Shown here piece by piece: positions 1 through 38,717 of a DNA stretch of 64,000 nucleotides. The notes below the pieces were generated by a model. The model was not told the origin of the DNA, made no database searches, and saw nothing but the letters and a program-made list of their open reading frames with translations. Made by a program: the position numbers and the translations under genes. The stretch's first letter is position 1; each line of letters starts with the position of its first letter. The stretch lies in NCBI RefSeq assembly GCF_006345805.1, contig NC_043025.1:3472001-3536000 (forward strand). Reading direction: 5' to 3'. Source of the DNA: Octopus sinensis (taxonomy: Eukaryota).

Positions 1-1722
1 CACTGATATCGTGGCAGAAACAAATGTTGTCCTCGTCTAAGTAAAATGATGAAAACTGCAGATGGCGAATAGGAACTTTGGAGTTTCGCTGGAGAAAATT
101 CCGATCTTGAGGTCTGGAACCGTGCAACTCTACCTTTTCTTTTAATAATTCCAAATTGGACACTATGTCATTTAACTCCATTTGACTTCCCAAATGTAGG
201 GAGCTAGTTGCATCTGGAAAATATATGCTATTCTTTCCCCTATTTCTATTTCACTATCAAACTGGTGAACTGCTGTCTTCAACAACGAATCTACTTGGCT
301 GTCATACAGCGACTGACCGTTGGGCAATTGGCAACTCTTGACTCAGTGTGGCTAACTCGGGATAAATTTTATTGATCAGAATCATTAGAATCTGCATATA
401 GTTGTCAAGCAAAAATTGCTTTCACCTTGAAAAGCAAACACCATATCACTGGCATTAAGATTATTAAAACCAAAATCTGGACGTGGTAAGAAATCTTATT
501 AAGTGATTGGCATTTCACACAAAATCTAGACATTATAGAAAAAAATGTAATTATAGATTTAAAATGAGAATAGCAAAATAAGCGAGGAACACTTATTTGG
601 TCTTCTGTAACAAAATCTTTGTTGTTTGTATGTGATAGAAGTGTTAGATGAGAGATAAAAGAAGTGATTCCAAGGAAAGGGATAATTAGTAGCACAAAAG
701 GGGATGGAATATGTGCAGTTCAGCTCTTATATAATTACATCAACTGAGGAAATTATACCATAGTCAGGGGTGATCGTAGTGTGGGTGATGTGAAGATGAG
801 TTGGTGGGGAGGTTTGACAGATACAGATTGAATCCGTGGGAATAGATAATAAAGATATGCTTTTAAAATCCCAATTTGCTTTAGAATGACGGTTCATCTC
901 GTGTCGTTTGTCGTCATTTTCTGCGAGAGACTCAGCAATGGCATGGTTGGTTTTTCACTACTGCCTCCCAACCGTCTTCACTATACCAGTGCCGACGCCC
1001 CTCTTTCTCTCTTGCACCTTATATCTCATTCATTTTGCCCTGTTTTTCTCTCAACTTATATGCACATTCTCGTTCATGCAGACTGATTCATATATATATG
1101 TACACATAAATATATACACACACACCAATACACTCCGTTCTCACCACTCAACATTTATATATACGTCCGTTAATATATAATATCATGCATTCGCAATTAA
1201 ACACCAAAAGTCGTCCAGTTAAATGTCCAAAGCACAACAGTGTAGTCTCGTTATACAAGATCTTTCATATTTCTTTTTAATCTTAATATATTTGATGACA
1301 AATTATTAACACAAATTATATTATTAACACAACCACAGAAAAGTACAGAAAGTTGTGTTCTTCACTATAAAACATTTCTTGTGCCTGCTGCTAAATGGCT
1401 TAAAATTTCTGTGGCGGCCACAAAATGCCATACTCTCAAACCTAACCATTCAACAACTTTGTCTGTGGACGACGACACTTCTGTTTATAGGGTTATATTA
1501 ATGAGTCTAATTGTTAAAGAGATACTAGGTTAATTATCTTTTCAAATTCTTCTGCTCCTCCATCATCTGTCCTATATCTTTTTTTCTACATCTTTTAAAT
1601 GCAATAAATAAGTGTGGTAACAATGGTGGGAGAAATAATGTTCTTTATGTGTATTTACTGCTGCCGTCAACCAATACACACACATACACATGCGCGTGCG
1701 ACTACATGAATACACACAAACG

Positions 1723-1799
<77 letters not shown>

Positions 1800-1845
1800 A
1801 AACAAGTCAAAAATAGAAAATGCTAAGATGATTTTATAGTGAATC

Positions 1846-1889
1846 TTTCAGTACCGGTTTCGGTCATTTCGAGACCTTTTCAACTGTAA
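1846..1889 (-). ncRNA. Minimal type I hammerhead ribozyme motif, U3-A8 core variant (left-arm copy)
   Basis: Minus strand reads ttacag-TTGAAAA-ggtc(tcgaaat)gacc-GAAAC-cg-GTA-ctgaaa. Stems I and II pair, stem III is the palindrome accggt, and the cleavage triplet is GUA. Confidence 0.65.
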
Positions 1890-2205
1890 CGATTAAATAA
1901 TTAAATTTAGAAAAATTTAGAAAAATTAGAAGAAAGGTTTTTTTAAAGGAATACTTCCATAGTAGTGTTCAGATATAGGTGGCATTCTGCCTTTCTCTGA
2001 CTCCCTTGTTTGCACTTGTGTATTCGAGGTCGTTGTGAGTTCTTGAGGGGGTGGGAGTGGGAACGACCTCGAATACACAAGTGCAAACAAGGAAGTCAGA
2101 GAAAGGCAGAATGCCACCTATATCTGAACACTACTATGGAAGTATTCCTTTAAAAAAATCTTTCTTCTAATTTTTCTAAATTTTCTAAATTTAATTATTT
2201 AATCG

Positions 2206-2249
2206 TTACAGTTGAAAAGGTCTCAAAATGACCGAAACCGGTACTGAAA
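2206..2249 (+). ncRNA. Minimal type I hammerhead ribozyme motif, U3-A8 core variant (right-arm copy)
   Basis: ttacag-TTGAAAA-ggtc(tcaaaat)gacc-GAAAC-cg-GTA-ctgaaa. Confidence 0.65.
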
Positions 2250-2333
2250 GATTCACTATAAAATCATCTTAGCATTTTCTATTTTTGACTTGTTTTTTCA
2301 TATATATCAACTCGTGTGTTCCTTTCCACCCTT

Positions 2334-2407
<74 letters not shown>

Positions 2408-2923
2408 GTCTGTATTGTGGATGGTGGATTTGTTCTTTGTGGAGAGTGGTTCTTCGACAGAGTGATATTTCTGTTTGGCCAATATCCTGATTACCGCACC
2501 CTAACCAGATAATGTCATAAATTAGGTTTTCCGAGGCACAGGTGAAATTTGATTTAATCTTAAATATTTCACCTTGTTTGAAAAGTAGAAAATGATGTCA
2601 ATGGTTAAAAACAATGAGATAAACATGATTCTGCACCAAATTCTTCCGTATTCATGTCTCTGCGAACCCGAGAAAGAGATTGAATCAAAAATAGAAAACT
2701 ACTGGACAGACCAAGAATTAGTTGACCAATGCAAAACACCCCAATGGTTGCTTATGAATGAGACAGTAGTAGTTTTTTGGTATTGATAGTTTTAGCTATT
2801 ATATGTGTTGTAATATTGAAGTTGTTGTAGAAGAAGAGGTTACAACAATAACAACAGCAACAGTTGTCGTAGTGTTATTTATTATTTATCAATTTCAATT
2901 TTCATTTTATTTTTCTCTACCAG

Positions 2924-29678
<26,755 letters not shown>

Positions 29679-30393
29679 GTAAGTATTTTTCTGTTTCGTT
29701 CACCTCATAAAGGACAAACTGTAAAGAGACCCTCAACCAGTCTTAGGACTTAAACGTTTATATGGAATTTGTTGGCACACTAGTGTCATAATGTGTCAGG
29801 TCAAACCGATATGGAGGTTCTCGTTGTTAGATAAGTTCCTCAAAGGCACATCACTGACCAATTGCATCCATAAACCTGAATTTAGTGATGAAGAGTCCAA
29901 CGGGTAACTTGTATCGTATTGATTCGTCCTAGAATTTAAGTGAACGGAAGATGTTCACTTGTAATAACTTCATATTCCTGCTGGAAATGTTTGTATGTCG
30001 GTTTCGAAGTCTTATGATTTTACAAACGAATAACTGGGCGTAAATATACGGATGGATGGTGACATGTGTGTAAAGAAGTGCCTGGATATCGCTATAAAGA
30101 AGAAAGCTGGGAAAGTAGAAAGCTCAAGAAGACATGGGAAGGAGTGGAGAAAACATCCAGAGATGCTGGTTGTAACAAATAGAGAGGCACCTGTGTCGGG
30201 GAGATCTTTCTAGGGCGTGTTAAGCATGGAAAAACAGACGTACAGAAATGATGATGTGGAAAAGGAGGAGAAGGGACGGGAGGAAGATAATGATAATGGC
30301 GAAGATGCTGCTGCTGCTGATGATGATGATGACGATGATGAATAGAAGATGACATTCTTTTGAAATATTACTCTGATTCAGTTTACCACGAAC

Positions 30394-30620
30394 ATGACAC
30401 CAAATAGTACATATACATATATAGGGTCTACCACAAATCGGTTCAAAATACAAACTCACACATACACTCACGCACACAGACGCAAACACTCACACATACA
30501 CACACACCGGCACACAGACGCGCGTGCACGCACACATTCACACGTTTCGCAATTCAGACAAGAAAATGATACATCACTACCCAAACACTTATGGACATAA
30601 AAAATGAAGACATTAGAAAA
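30394..30620 (+). mobile_element. Degenerate Penelope-like GIY-YIG remnant split by a (CA)n tract
   Basis: TYIGSTTNRFK...HVSQFRQENDTSLPKHLW parallels YVGLTEGNFKARF..H...TQLSNHIW of the 8.6-10.4 kb element. Confidence 0.5.
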
Positions 30621-31549
30621 AACAAATTCTGAATCGAAACTCCAAATTAATCTCCCCATTTAGACACAAAATTTTACAAACACTGAAACATGAAAGTAAT
30701 TCTTTAATCTATTGGTTGAATATAAAAATACCTCATCACCTTCCTTATCCAATTTCCACTTTCATCATTAACTACCTCCAAAATACGCATAAAAAACTGG
30801 TTGTACAGCTGTATACTAAACAGGTTCTGCAGAAATGATCCAAGATTGCCAAAATTTTAGCAGAATTTCCCACAAAAGTGCACTCGCCTCCAAACACACA
30901 CATGCATATATGCGAGGAGGATAGAAGCTTAATCTGACATGGAATTTCTTACTCATTTATTATAATGTCGACTTTTTGCACATTTTAATAAGTCCAAACA
31001 ATATGTTATTTGAAGAAGAAATATCGATGAAAAATAGCCTACAAACTTCAATTTCCTAAACACAAGAGTTAAAATTTCGAAATAGCAGGCAAAGAATTTC
31101 CAGACAATGACTCCCAGAGACAAATATGCTGACCAATAACATTTACAACTTGCTACAGCTTCTTATGAACATTAACATTTCAGATTAACACAGTTTCCAT
31201 ACTAATAACACTATGACCTGCTTAAGTAATACCCAAAACCATCCCAATATAAACCAGGGGAAAACCCTAAATAATGCCAGCCTGCCAACAAACTAAATTT
31301 ACCAATAATTTACATTCTTTTATGAATCCTTAAAAATGTATTACTTAAAATCCTTAATTACAAAGGTTTTACTACCGGACTGAACGCTGAGATTTAATCT
31401 TCACATTCACAAAACGAATCGTTAATGTACTTGTTAACCTTAGCTCTGCTGCTCCTCACTCACTACTTCTTCCCTCACTTTCTTTAATTAACTCTTCTAT
31501 TATTGTTCCGAATCCTTTCTCTTTGACTAAAGTACCTTTCCTCGAGGCA

Positions 31550-32400
31550 AGATTTGCATCTTGTGTTTCCCAATTTCTTCAGTTTCCAAACTTCTATTCT
31601 ACTCAGATCTTGTCTTCGAGTCTTCACTTTATTTTGTAGTTTCCTTTTCCACATTTGCTCTTTTTAAATCATTCCCTGTGAGATATCTAATCTTCTGGTG
31701 ACTACCACCACTCCTGCATAAATCAATAAGTTAGTGTCCCTTATTGTTTTAGTATCTATCCTACTGATAACAGAATCTACTTTCCTAGTCATTTCTAGCA
31801 GCTTCCTTCACTTGGCGCCTTTTAATGCTGGCAGTCTTTTTCTCACTTCTTAACTCATTATTTTCTGCAACTCATCTAAAATCTTCTCATCTTTCTCACT
31901 TAAATCACTTTGGTCGTTGGTGCCAGTTGTCCCTTCCTTATTGATAGTGCTATTATTACTTTTCTTTAGGTTCTTCCTTGGTTGGGATGTACCTATGTTG
32001 CTCTTTGTCTTTCACACTGCTTGGTTTTTCTTATTCAGTTCTCTTGTGATCTTTTCTACCTCTAATTCTGCCATCCATTTCCTTCTAATAGCATTAGCTT
32101 GACCAACTAATCTCTGCTCAGTCACTTTAAACATACCCTTCTCTACTCAAAGTGTTAACATCCGTTTCCTATGTCCCCTTCTTTTAGGTTTACTTTGCAA
32201 GTAGCACTGTATCACTATCCTGTTTTCTTTGCTGGTCCACTTCCTCCTCTTTGTTCTATTATCTGCTGATGCTATATTAGGATGACAGCTATTGTCAGTC
32301 TGCCTCTTAACTGATCCACTGCTGCGCGAGAAGTCTTCTCTTAAAGGTCTAGCTTCATTTTCGCTGTTACAACCAGAGTTTTCGGGAACTCTTCTCCGTC
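31550..32400 (-). mobile_element. Degenerate R4/Dong-like 5' region
   Basis: Minus translation KRRKWTSKENRIVIQCYLQSKPKRRGHRKRML..FKVTEQRL matches the family N-terminal motif also seen near 25.9 kb. Confidence 0.7.
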
Positions 32401-32501
32401 ATAAACTGAGGTAAGGTAACGTTCTTCACCAGTGTCATCGCCACTATTATTTCTCGACATCTGAAAGTTTCAAGCAGCTTTCTATTGCATTATTTGTTGT
32501 A

Positions 32502-33734
32502 CGAGGGACGTTCAATAAGTTATGCCCCTGACCCACTTGCATTTGTTTGATCTAGCTGAAATTTTGCATGTGCAATTATTCGTATCTCTATAGATTAAGT
32601 GGCAAATTACAGCTCTGAACTAATTATCAAGTGTGAAATGGAGCCTGTTGAGTGTCGAGCAGTGATCCGGTTTTTGTGAAAGGACGCACACCACGGGAGA
32701 CTTTTGATGAAATGAAAGTAACTCATGGTGATGATGCCCCATCATATGACCTTGTAAAACGCTGGCATCGTGAATTCAAATATGGTCGGAACTCCGTGGA
32801 AACAGCTCCCAGATCTGGTCGCCCCCTTCTGCCATTGATGAGGCATCTGTCCGTCAAGTTGAGGCTGCCATTTTGGAAGATCGACGCATAACAATTCGCC
32901 AAATAACCCATCAGGTCACAATTAGTACCGGGTCTGTGGAAACTATCATTCATGACCATTTACATATGCAAAAGGTGTCTGTCAGATGGATTTCCAGGTT
33001 GCTCACGCCTTTCCAGAAGCAAGAACGCGTCGAGTGCTCGAGGATGAATTTGGAGATGTGCCAAGAAGATGAGTCAAAATTTTTCAAAAGACTGATTACA
33101 CAGGATGAAACCTGGGTCCATCACGATAATCCAGAGACCAAAGCCCAGTCAATGCAGTGAAAGCACCGTGACTCACCCCCTCCAAAGAAGGCAAGGGCGC
33201 AACCCTCTGCTGGCAAGTTCATGCTCACAGTCTTCTGGGACCAGGACGGAGTAGTGATGACAGATTTCCTGGCAAAGGGTACCACAATTACAGGAGCCTA
33301 TTATGCTCCTATTTGAGGAAATTAAGAGAAGCTATCAAAATCAAGAGGCGGGGCAAGATCAGCAAAGGCATCCTCCTCCTGCAGGACAACGCTCCGGTCC
33401 ACAACTCGCGTGTCACCAGATCAGAAGCACAGGCGTGCGGCTATGAACTCCTACCTTGCACCCTCTGATTTTCACCTCTTCCCAGCCATGAAGTTGCTTT
33501 TGAAAGGGAAGCGTTTCCCAGATGATGCAGCCTTGATTTCTGAAGTCCCAGCGTGGTTGGAGAACCAGGCTGGGGTCTTCTAGAAAAACAGTCTCCAGAG
33601 CTGCATCAAACGATGGAAGAAATGCGTAACTCTGGGTGGTTCCTATGTAAAAAAAGACTAATAGCTGTGCCAAGTTTCGTTCCTCTTCTGCTATGGGAAG
33701 TGGATCAGGGGCATTACTTATTAAACGCCCATCG
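32502..33734 (+). mobile_element. Second mariner copy of the same family, defective
   Basis: TIR cgagggacgttcaataagt ... ttaaacgcccatcg with TA flanks; ITQDETWVHH followed by a premature TGA; small deletions. Confidence 0.93.
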
Positions 33735-33832
33735 TACCTTTGCGCTGGTGGAGTGGTGTGTGCAGTATTTATGTGCGTGGGGGGATATTGTATTGTATCA
33801 GTACGTTTTGTTATGGGGTCTTATTATTATCA

Positions 33833-33918
<86 letters not shown>

Positions 33919-34448
33919 GAGTGAGAGAACAGTGCATATTATCAAGTGTAACACTGGGGTAAGATTTACGAAGCCCAGTATATTCATTATGACTACTCAT
34001 CTGATAAGAGGACACCAAGCACATTCATTACAACCATATGTGCGTGACATGGTGATCTCATATCAAGATGAACAGCGCATGAACTTGCAGGTGGGGGCCC
34101 AGTCGGAATTTTCCTCAGGTTGAGTAACCCGTCCAGCTCAAAAGGTCCCTGAGTAAAGGTTGTTTAAGGATGTTGAATGAAACACCTATGTTTCCAGAGG
34201 TGAATTATCCAAATCCCCAAGAATTGTCTTCAATATATGGCTATGATGCTCCCCCACTAATTCTGCTCGTGATCAGAGATGTACGTATCGTCATCCACTA
34301 ACGGACATGCTCAACTGGTTAAAGTCAAGTAACTGACTAGAAAATCTGTGGTATTGAGCAGAATTGGAGGTATTGGAGACCATCTTTTATACCAATGTAC
34401 ATGATAATACTTCCAATCAGGGCATTTATTATTGCTGTTGCTATTATA

Positions 34449-34501
<53 letters not shown>

Positions 34502-34512
34502 TATTTATTATT

Positions 34513-34612
34513 NNNNNNNNNNNNNNNNNNNNNNNNNNNNNNNNNNNNNNNNNNNNNNNNNNNNNNNNNNNNNNNNNNNNNNNNNNNNNNNNNNNNNNNN
34601 NNNNNNNNNNNN
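34513..34612. other. Assembly gap (100 N)
   Basis: Exactly 100 N between an (ATT)n tract and a (TA)n tract, typical of an unsized scaffolding join. Confidence 0.99.
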
Positions 34613-34668
34613 TTATATATATATATATATATATACATATACATACTTATATATACATATAAATATCC

Positions 34669-34702
<34 letters not shown>

Positions 34703-34712
34703 CTGTAAAATG

Positions 34713-35010
34713 ATGTGACAATTATCCAATAGCCAAAAGATAACGCTAAGTTTCGGATGCCGAGGGAGAAATCCACAGCACCATCTCTTCGGTTATCTGA
34801 AATGACAGAAATATAGAAAGAACATAGAATATAGATGGCCAGATAACCGAAGAGATGGTGTTGTGGATTTCCACCTCGGCATCCGAAACTCAGAGTTTTA
34901 TCTTGGCTCTTGAATAATTGTCACTTATTATTTTGCAGATAAATTTCCTCTATTTACATAATATTGAGGTCTCTTTCTTTCTTTTGTTATCTTACCGTTT
35001 TTACCAATAT
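34713..35010. mobile_element. Penelope-like terminal-repeat fragment with its own short inverted duplication (34713-34799 / 34840-34939)
   Basis: Same family as 10290-10465 (cagataaccgaagagatggtgttgtggatttccac; gataaatttcctctatttacataatattgagg). Arms are moderately diverged. Confidence 0.8.
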
Positions 35011-35028
35011 ATATATATATATATATAT

Positions 35029-35905
35029 ATCACAATCAAGGAACGGCCATAATAGGCCATTCACCCACTAGAAATAACAGCCAAAAGCTTCAACCGCAAA
35101 ATAACATCAATTCCGTAAACCAGGAGAAAATTAAAAAACATTTACCCTGTAATTTCTTATACGATGCACCGTTTCATCTACTGTTTAATGGTAAACTAAC
35201 CTGATTAAATTAAATCAAGCCAATCTACCATAGGCCCTTAGATTCATCAGTAAGAAAATAGCCAAATCGGAACAGATATTTTTCACGAGGCATTCCCGTC
35301 CCTGCCTCGGCAATATCTGACCTAAAATTTTCAAATCATAGCACTCGCGCCAAATTTATCGGCAGCAAATAAATATAAGCCACCGATTCCATTACGGAAT
35401 TAACCAGAAAATTCATAATTAATCAATATAGGGTGGCAAAAAATTTTGTAGAATTATTTTTTTGCTGGTGGCAAAAAAATAATTCTACAAAATTTTTTGC
35501 CACCCTATATTGATTAATTATGAATTTTCTGGTTAATTCCGTAATGGAATCGGCGGCTTATATTTATTTGCTGCCGATAAATTTGGCGCGAGTGCTATGA
35601 TTTGAAAATTTTAGGTCAGATATTGCCGAGGCAGGGACGGGAATGCCTCGTGAAAAATATCTGTTCCGACTTGGCTATTTTCTTACTGATGAATCTAAGG
35701 GCCTATGGTAGATTGGCTTGATTTAATTTAATCAGGTTAGTTTACCATTAAACACTAGATGAAACGGTGCATCGTATAAGAAATTACAGGTAAATGTTTT
35801 TTAATTTTCTCCTGGTTTACGGAATTGATGTTATTTTGCGTTGAAGCTTTTGGCTGTTATTTCTAGTGGGTGAATGGCCTATTATGGCCGTTCCTTGATT
35901 GTGAT
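35029..35905. repeat. Near-perfect ~877-bp palindrome (arms ~437 bp, 5-nt loop tggtg at 35466-35470)
   Basis: atcacaatcaaggaacggccataatagg... is the reverse complement of ...cctattatggccgttccttgattgtgat, with only a few substitutions and 1-bp indels. Confidence 0.92.
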
Positions 35906-36005
35906 GTTGAACTTAAAAATGGTCTATGACTATTTAAATTTTTTACCACTAGCCGCTGGTGGCCAAAAATAATCTACTAACAAAATTTTTTGCCACCCTA
36001 TATTG

Positions 36006-36038
<33 letters not shown>

Positions 36039-36709
36039 TATATTTTATTATATCTATATATGCATATACATACATATTCATACCTATACATATGTATGCA
36101 TGTATACGTGAAACTCAGAGTAAACAGTTTTGTTGAATTTTCTGCTGCTTTAATAAAGCATATTACTCTAACACTGGTATTTGAGTACTCCTTTTTTCCA
36201 CCTTGTTTCACACATTTATGTGTTTTACTCTCACTTTACACACAACCACACCCACGGCGTTGTAGATGTACATGGAGAGGTAGGACGTACATATATGTTT
36301 ATATATATACATATGTTTTATTTCATTAATTAATATATATATATATATTATATATAGATAATATATACATATATATATACATACATATAATACTTATATA
36401 TACATATAAATCTCCATATATATATATACATGTAAGGCGGCGAGCTGGTAGAAACGTTACCACGCGGGCGAGATTCGTAGCCGTTTTCGTCTGTCGTTAC
36501 GTTCCGAGTTCAAATTCCGCCGAGGTTCGACTTTGCCTTTCATCCTTCGGGGCGATAAATTAAGTACCAGTTACGCACTGGGGTCGATGTAGTCGACTTA
36601 ATCCCTTTGTCTGTCCTTGTTTGTCCCCCTCTGTGTTTAGCCCCTTGGGGTAGTAAAGAATATATATATATATATATCATGTATATATATATATATATAA
36701 TATAGCATG

Positions 36710-36765
<56 letters not shown>

Positions 36766-36835
36766 CATACATATCATACATATAAATATCCATAATATAT
36801 ATACATGTAAGCATGTATATATATATATGTATATG

Positions 36836-36875
<40 letters not shown>

Positions 36876-38717
36876 CATGTACGCATGTACAATATTTATA
36901 TATGTTATTCGTTTTACACTTTTTTCTCATACTGCTTTGCTAGCAGGGGGGTTAGATGGATACATCATTAAGGCATAGTTTGCAGTTTGATCCCTTCAAA
37001 CACGAACCTTTATCTGGTGCTCAGTAAGGGATCACTTCTGTCTAATATCCTTTTGCTAATAATGAAGATAATAAGAACATTATTATTCTGAGCTGGATAA
37101 TTTTCAGAGATACAAAACGTAAACAAACAAGCACACACACACACACACATACACACACACCACGCACACAGAGTCAGGTATAAACACCTACGTGTGTGTG
37201 TGTGTGCCTATATACCCTTGCCCAGTGTGCCACGCCTTGGCACAGAACTAAAAACTACCTACGATACATCTGTAATACATATACGCACATATATACATAC
37301 GTGTGTGTGTTTGTGAAAATTATGAACAATTGTCCAAATATATGAATAGTTTTAAATATTTTTTAAAGATACTATTTTATAACTCTATATGTCACTTGTG
37401 GTGGTGCTTGGTCTTCAGACTAGAATCGAAAGAGATGAGATCAAATCAAAGATGAATCCTGAAAGGATCTATTGCACGCTCCATGTCTATTTCTTTAAAT
37501 TTCTCTTCTTTTATAGAATCAATATTTTGTTGTATTTCTGTGTGTTCTTTCTATATTTCTGTCATGTCAGGAATGAATGCGAAGACGGATTACCTGAAGA
37601 ACAAATAATCTTTCCTTGTCTTCCAAATTTTAAATGCGTTAATATTTGTTTCAAGATTTGGCACAAGGCCAGGAATTCGGAGGATGGGGGTCAAGTCGAT
37701 TACGTGTACTGGTAATTATTCCATCCAAAATCTGAAAGGCAAACTGAAGCCTGACAGCATTTGAGCTCAGATGTAAAATCGGAAGAAATGCCATTAAGCA
37801 TTTTGTCCGGTAGCCGAAAAGTCTATCAACTCAAGCTTTAATATGTGTAAATCTTTTGTCTGAAGATTACTTCAAGGAGAAGTATTTTGTATCTTAATCC
37901 GTTCTATAAATAAATAAATAAATTATTATCCATACTATGTGGGATCCTTCATTATAAATATATTTTAATAACATAATTCTTGGTAATTAAAATCGTTATT
38001 GATCTCATCTTGATATGTTGAGCAAAACTTCATTCTTGGGTGATGCTTTCTGATAGTGACTAACATGAAGAAATACCGAAAAGCTATGGTGTGGTTTTGA
38101 AATATGGAACCATAGTGGTGGTCACAGAATGGGAATGATATCGAATTGATAAGCATTTGGTTGTTTATAACTGTTTCCATCATTCTAAGTTCTTGGAATT
38201 TGTTGTTGAGTAGCTCCAGGTAAGTTCTGATCAAACACACCTGCGCCCCCGTAATCAGTGAGTTGAATAACAAGGTATTATCCATAGGCCCTCAGCTCAA
38301 AGGGTACTGTATTTACACCTCTCTGAAGAATGATCTATAGCGCAAGGTATACATTGTCTCCACTTAGCTGAGGTATGATCCACAAACCCAAGCCCAACAT
38401 GAACAGTATCTCCACCTGGCTGACCAACAGACTGTACATTCCAATATCCAGCGTTTACTTGTCACCAATCAGACTGTAATAAGCAGAGTAATGTGGCTGA
38501 CCAAGAGACTCAACACAATGACTGTTGTTAGGTTTATTAGTGCCAAGAAGGACATCCAGATGTAAATAATACTTTAGATAAATTGAAGTTTCCAATTTAT
38601 GTAATATTTTATGAGAAATTTGAGAAACACAGTCTTCTTTATATTGTTGTTTACCTCATTTTATAAGGTTTTGAAATTTTTGATTTCTTTCTTTTTCTAG
38701 CATATTTCATTTAAAAG

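Larger units (their letters stand above)
1796..2299. repeat. Foldback palindrome (arms 1796-2034 and 2062-2299, 27-bp spacer) between (TA)n tracts; probable inverted Penelope-like terminal repeat
   Basis: The ~239-bp arms are reverse complements with only a few mismatches (gaaaaaacaagtcaaaaatag... vs ...ctatttttgacttgttttttc). Each arm carries a hammerhead-like motif. Confidence 0.9.

Noticed and set aside
1-1700. Possible further upstream GPCR exon
   Set aside because: No convincing spliceable frame with GAIN or extracellular-domain similarity was found by eye.
35665-35720. CTGATGA-atcta/tagat motif in the palindrome
   Set aside because: The GAAA and cleavage half of the core are absent.
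36300-36900. Thrice-repeated (TA)-rich motif shared with the gap edge, and an indel-rich SINE copy
   Set aside because: More consistent with low-quality consensus near the contig end than with biology.
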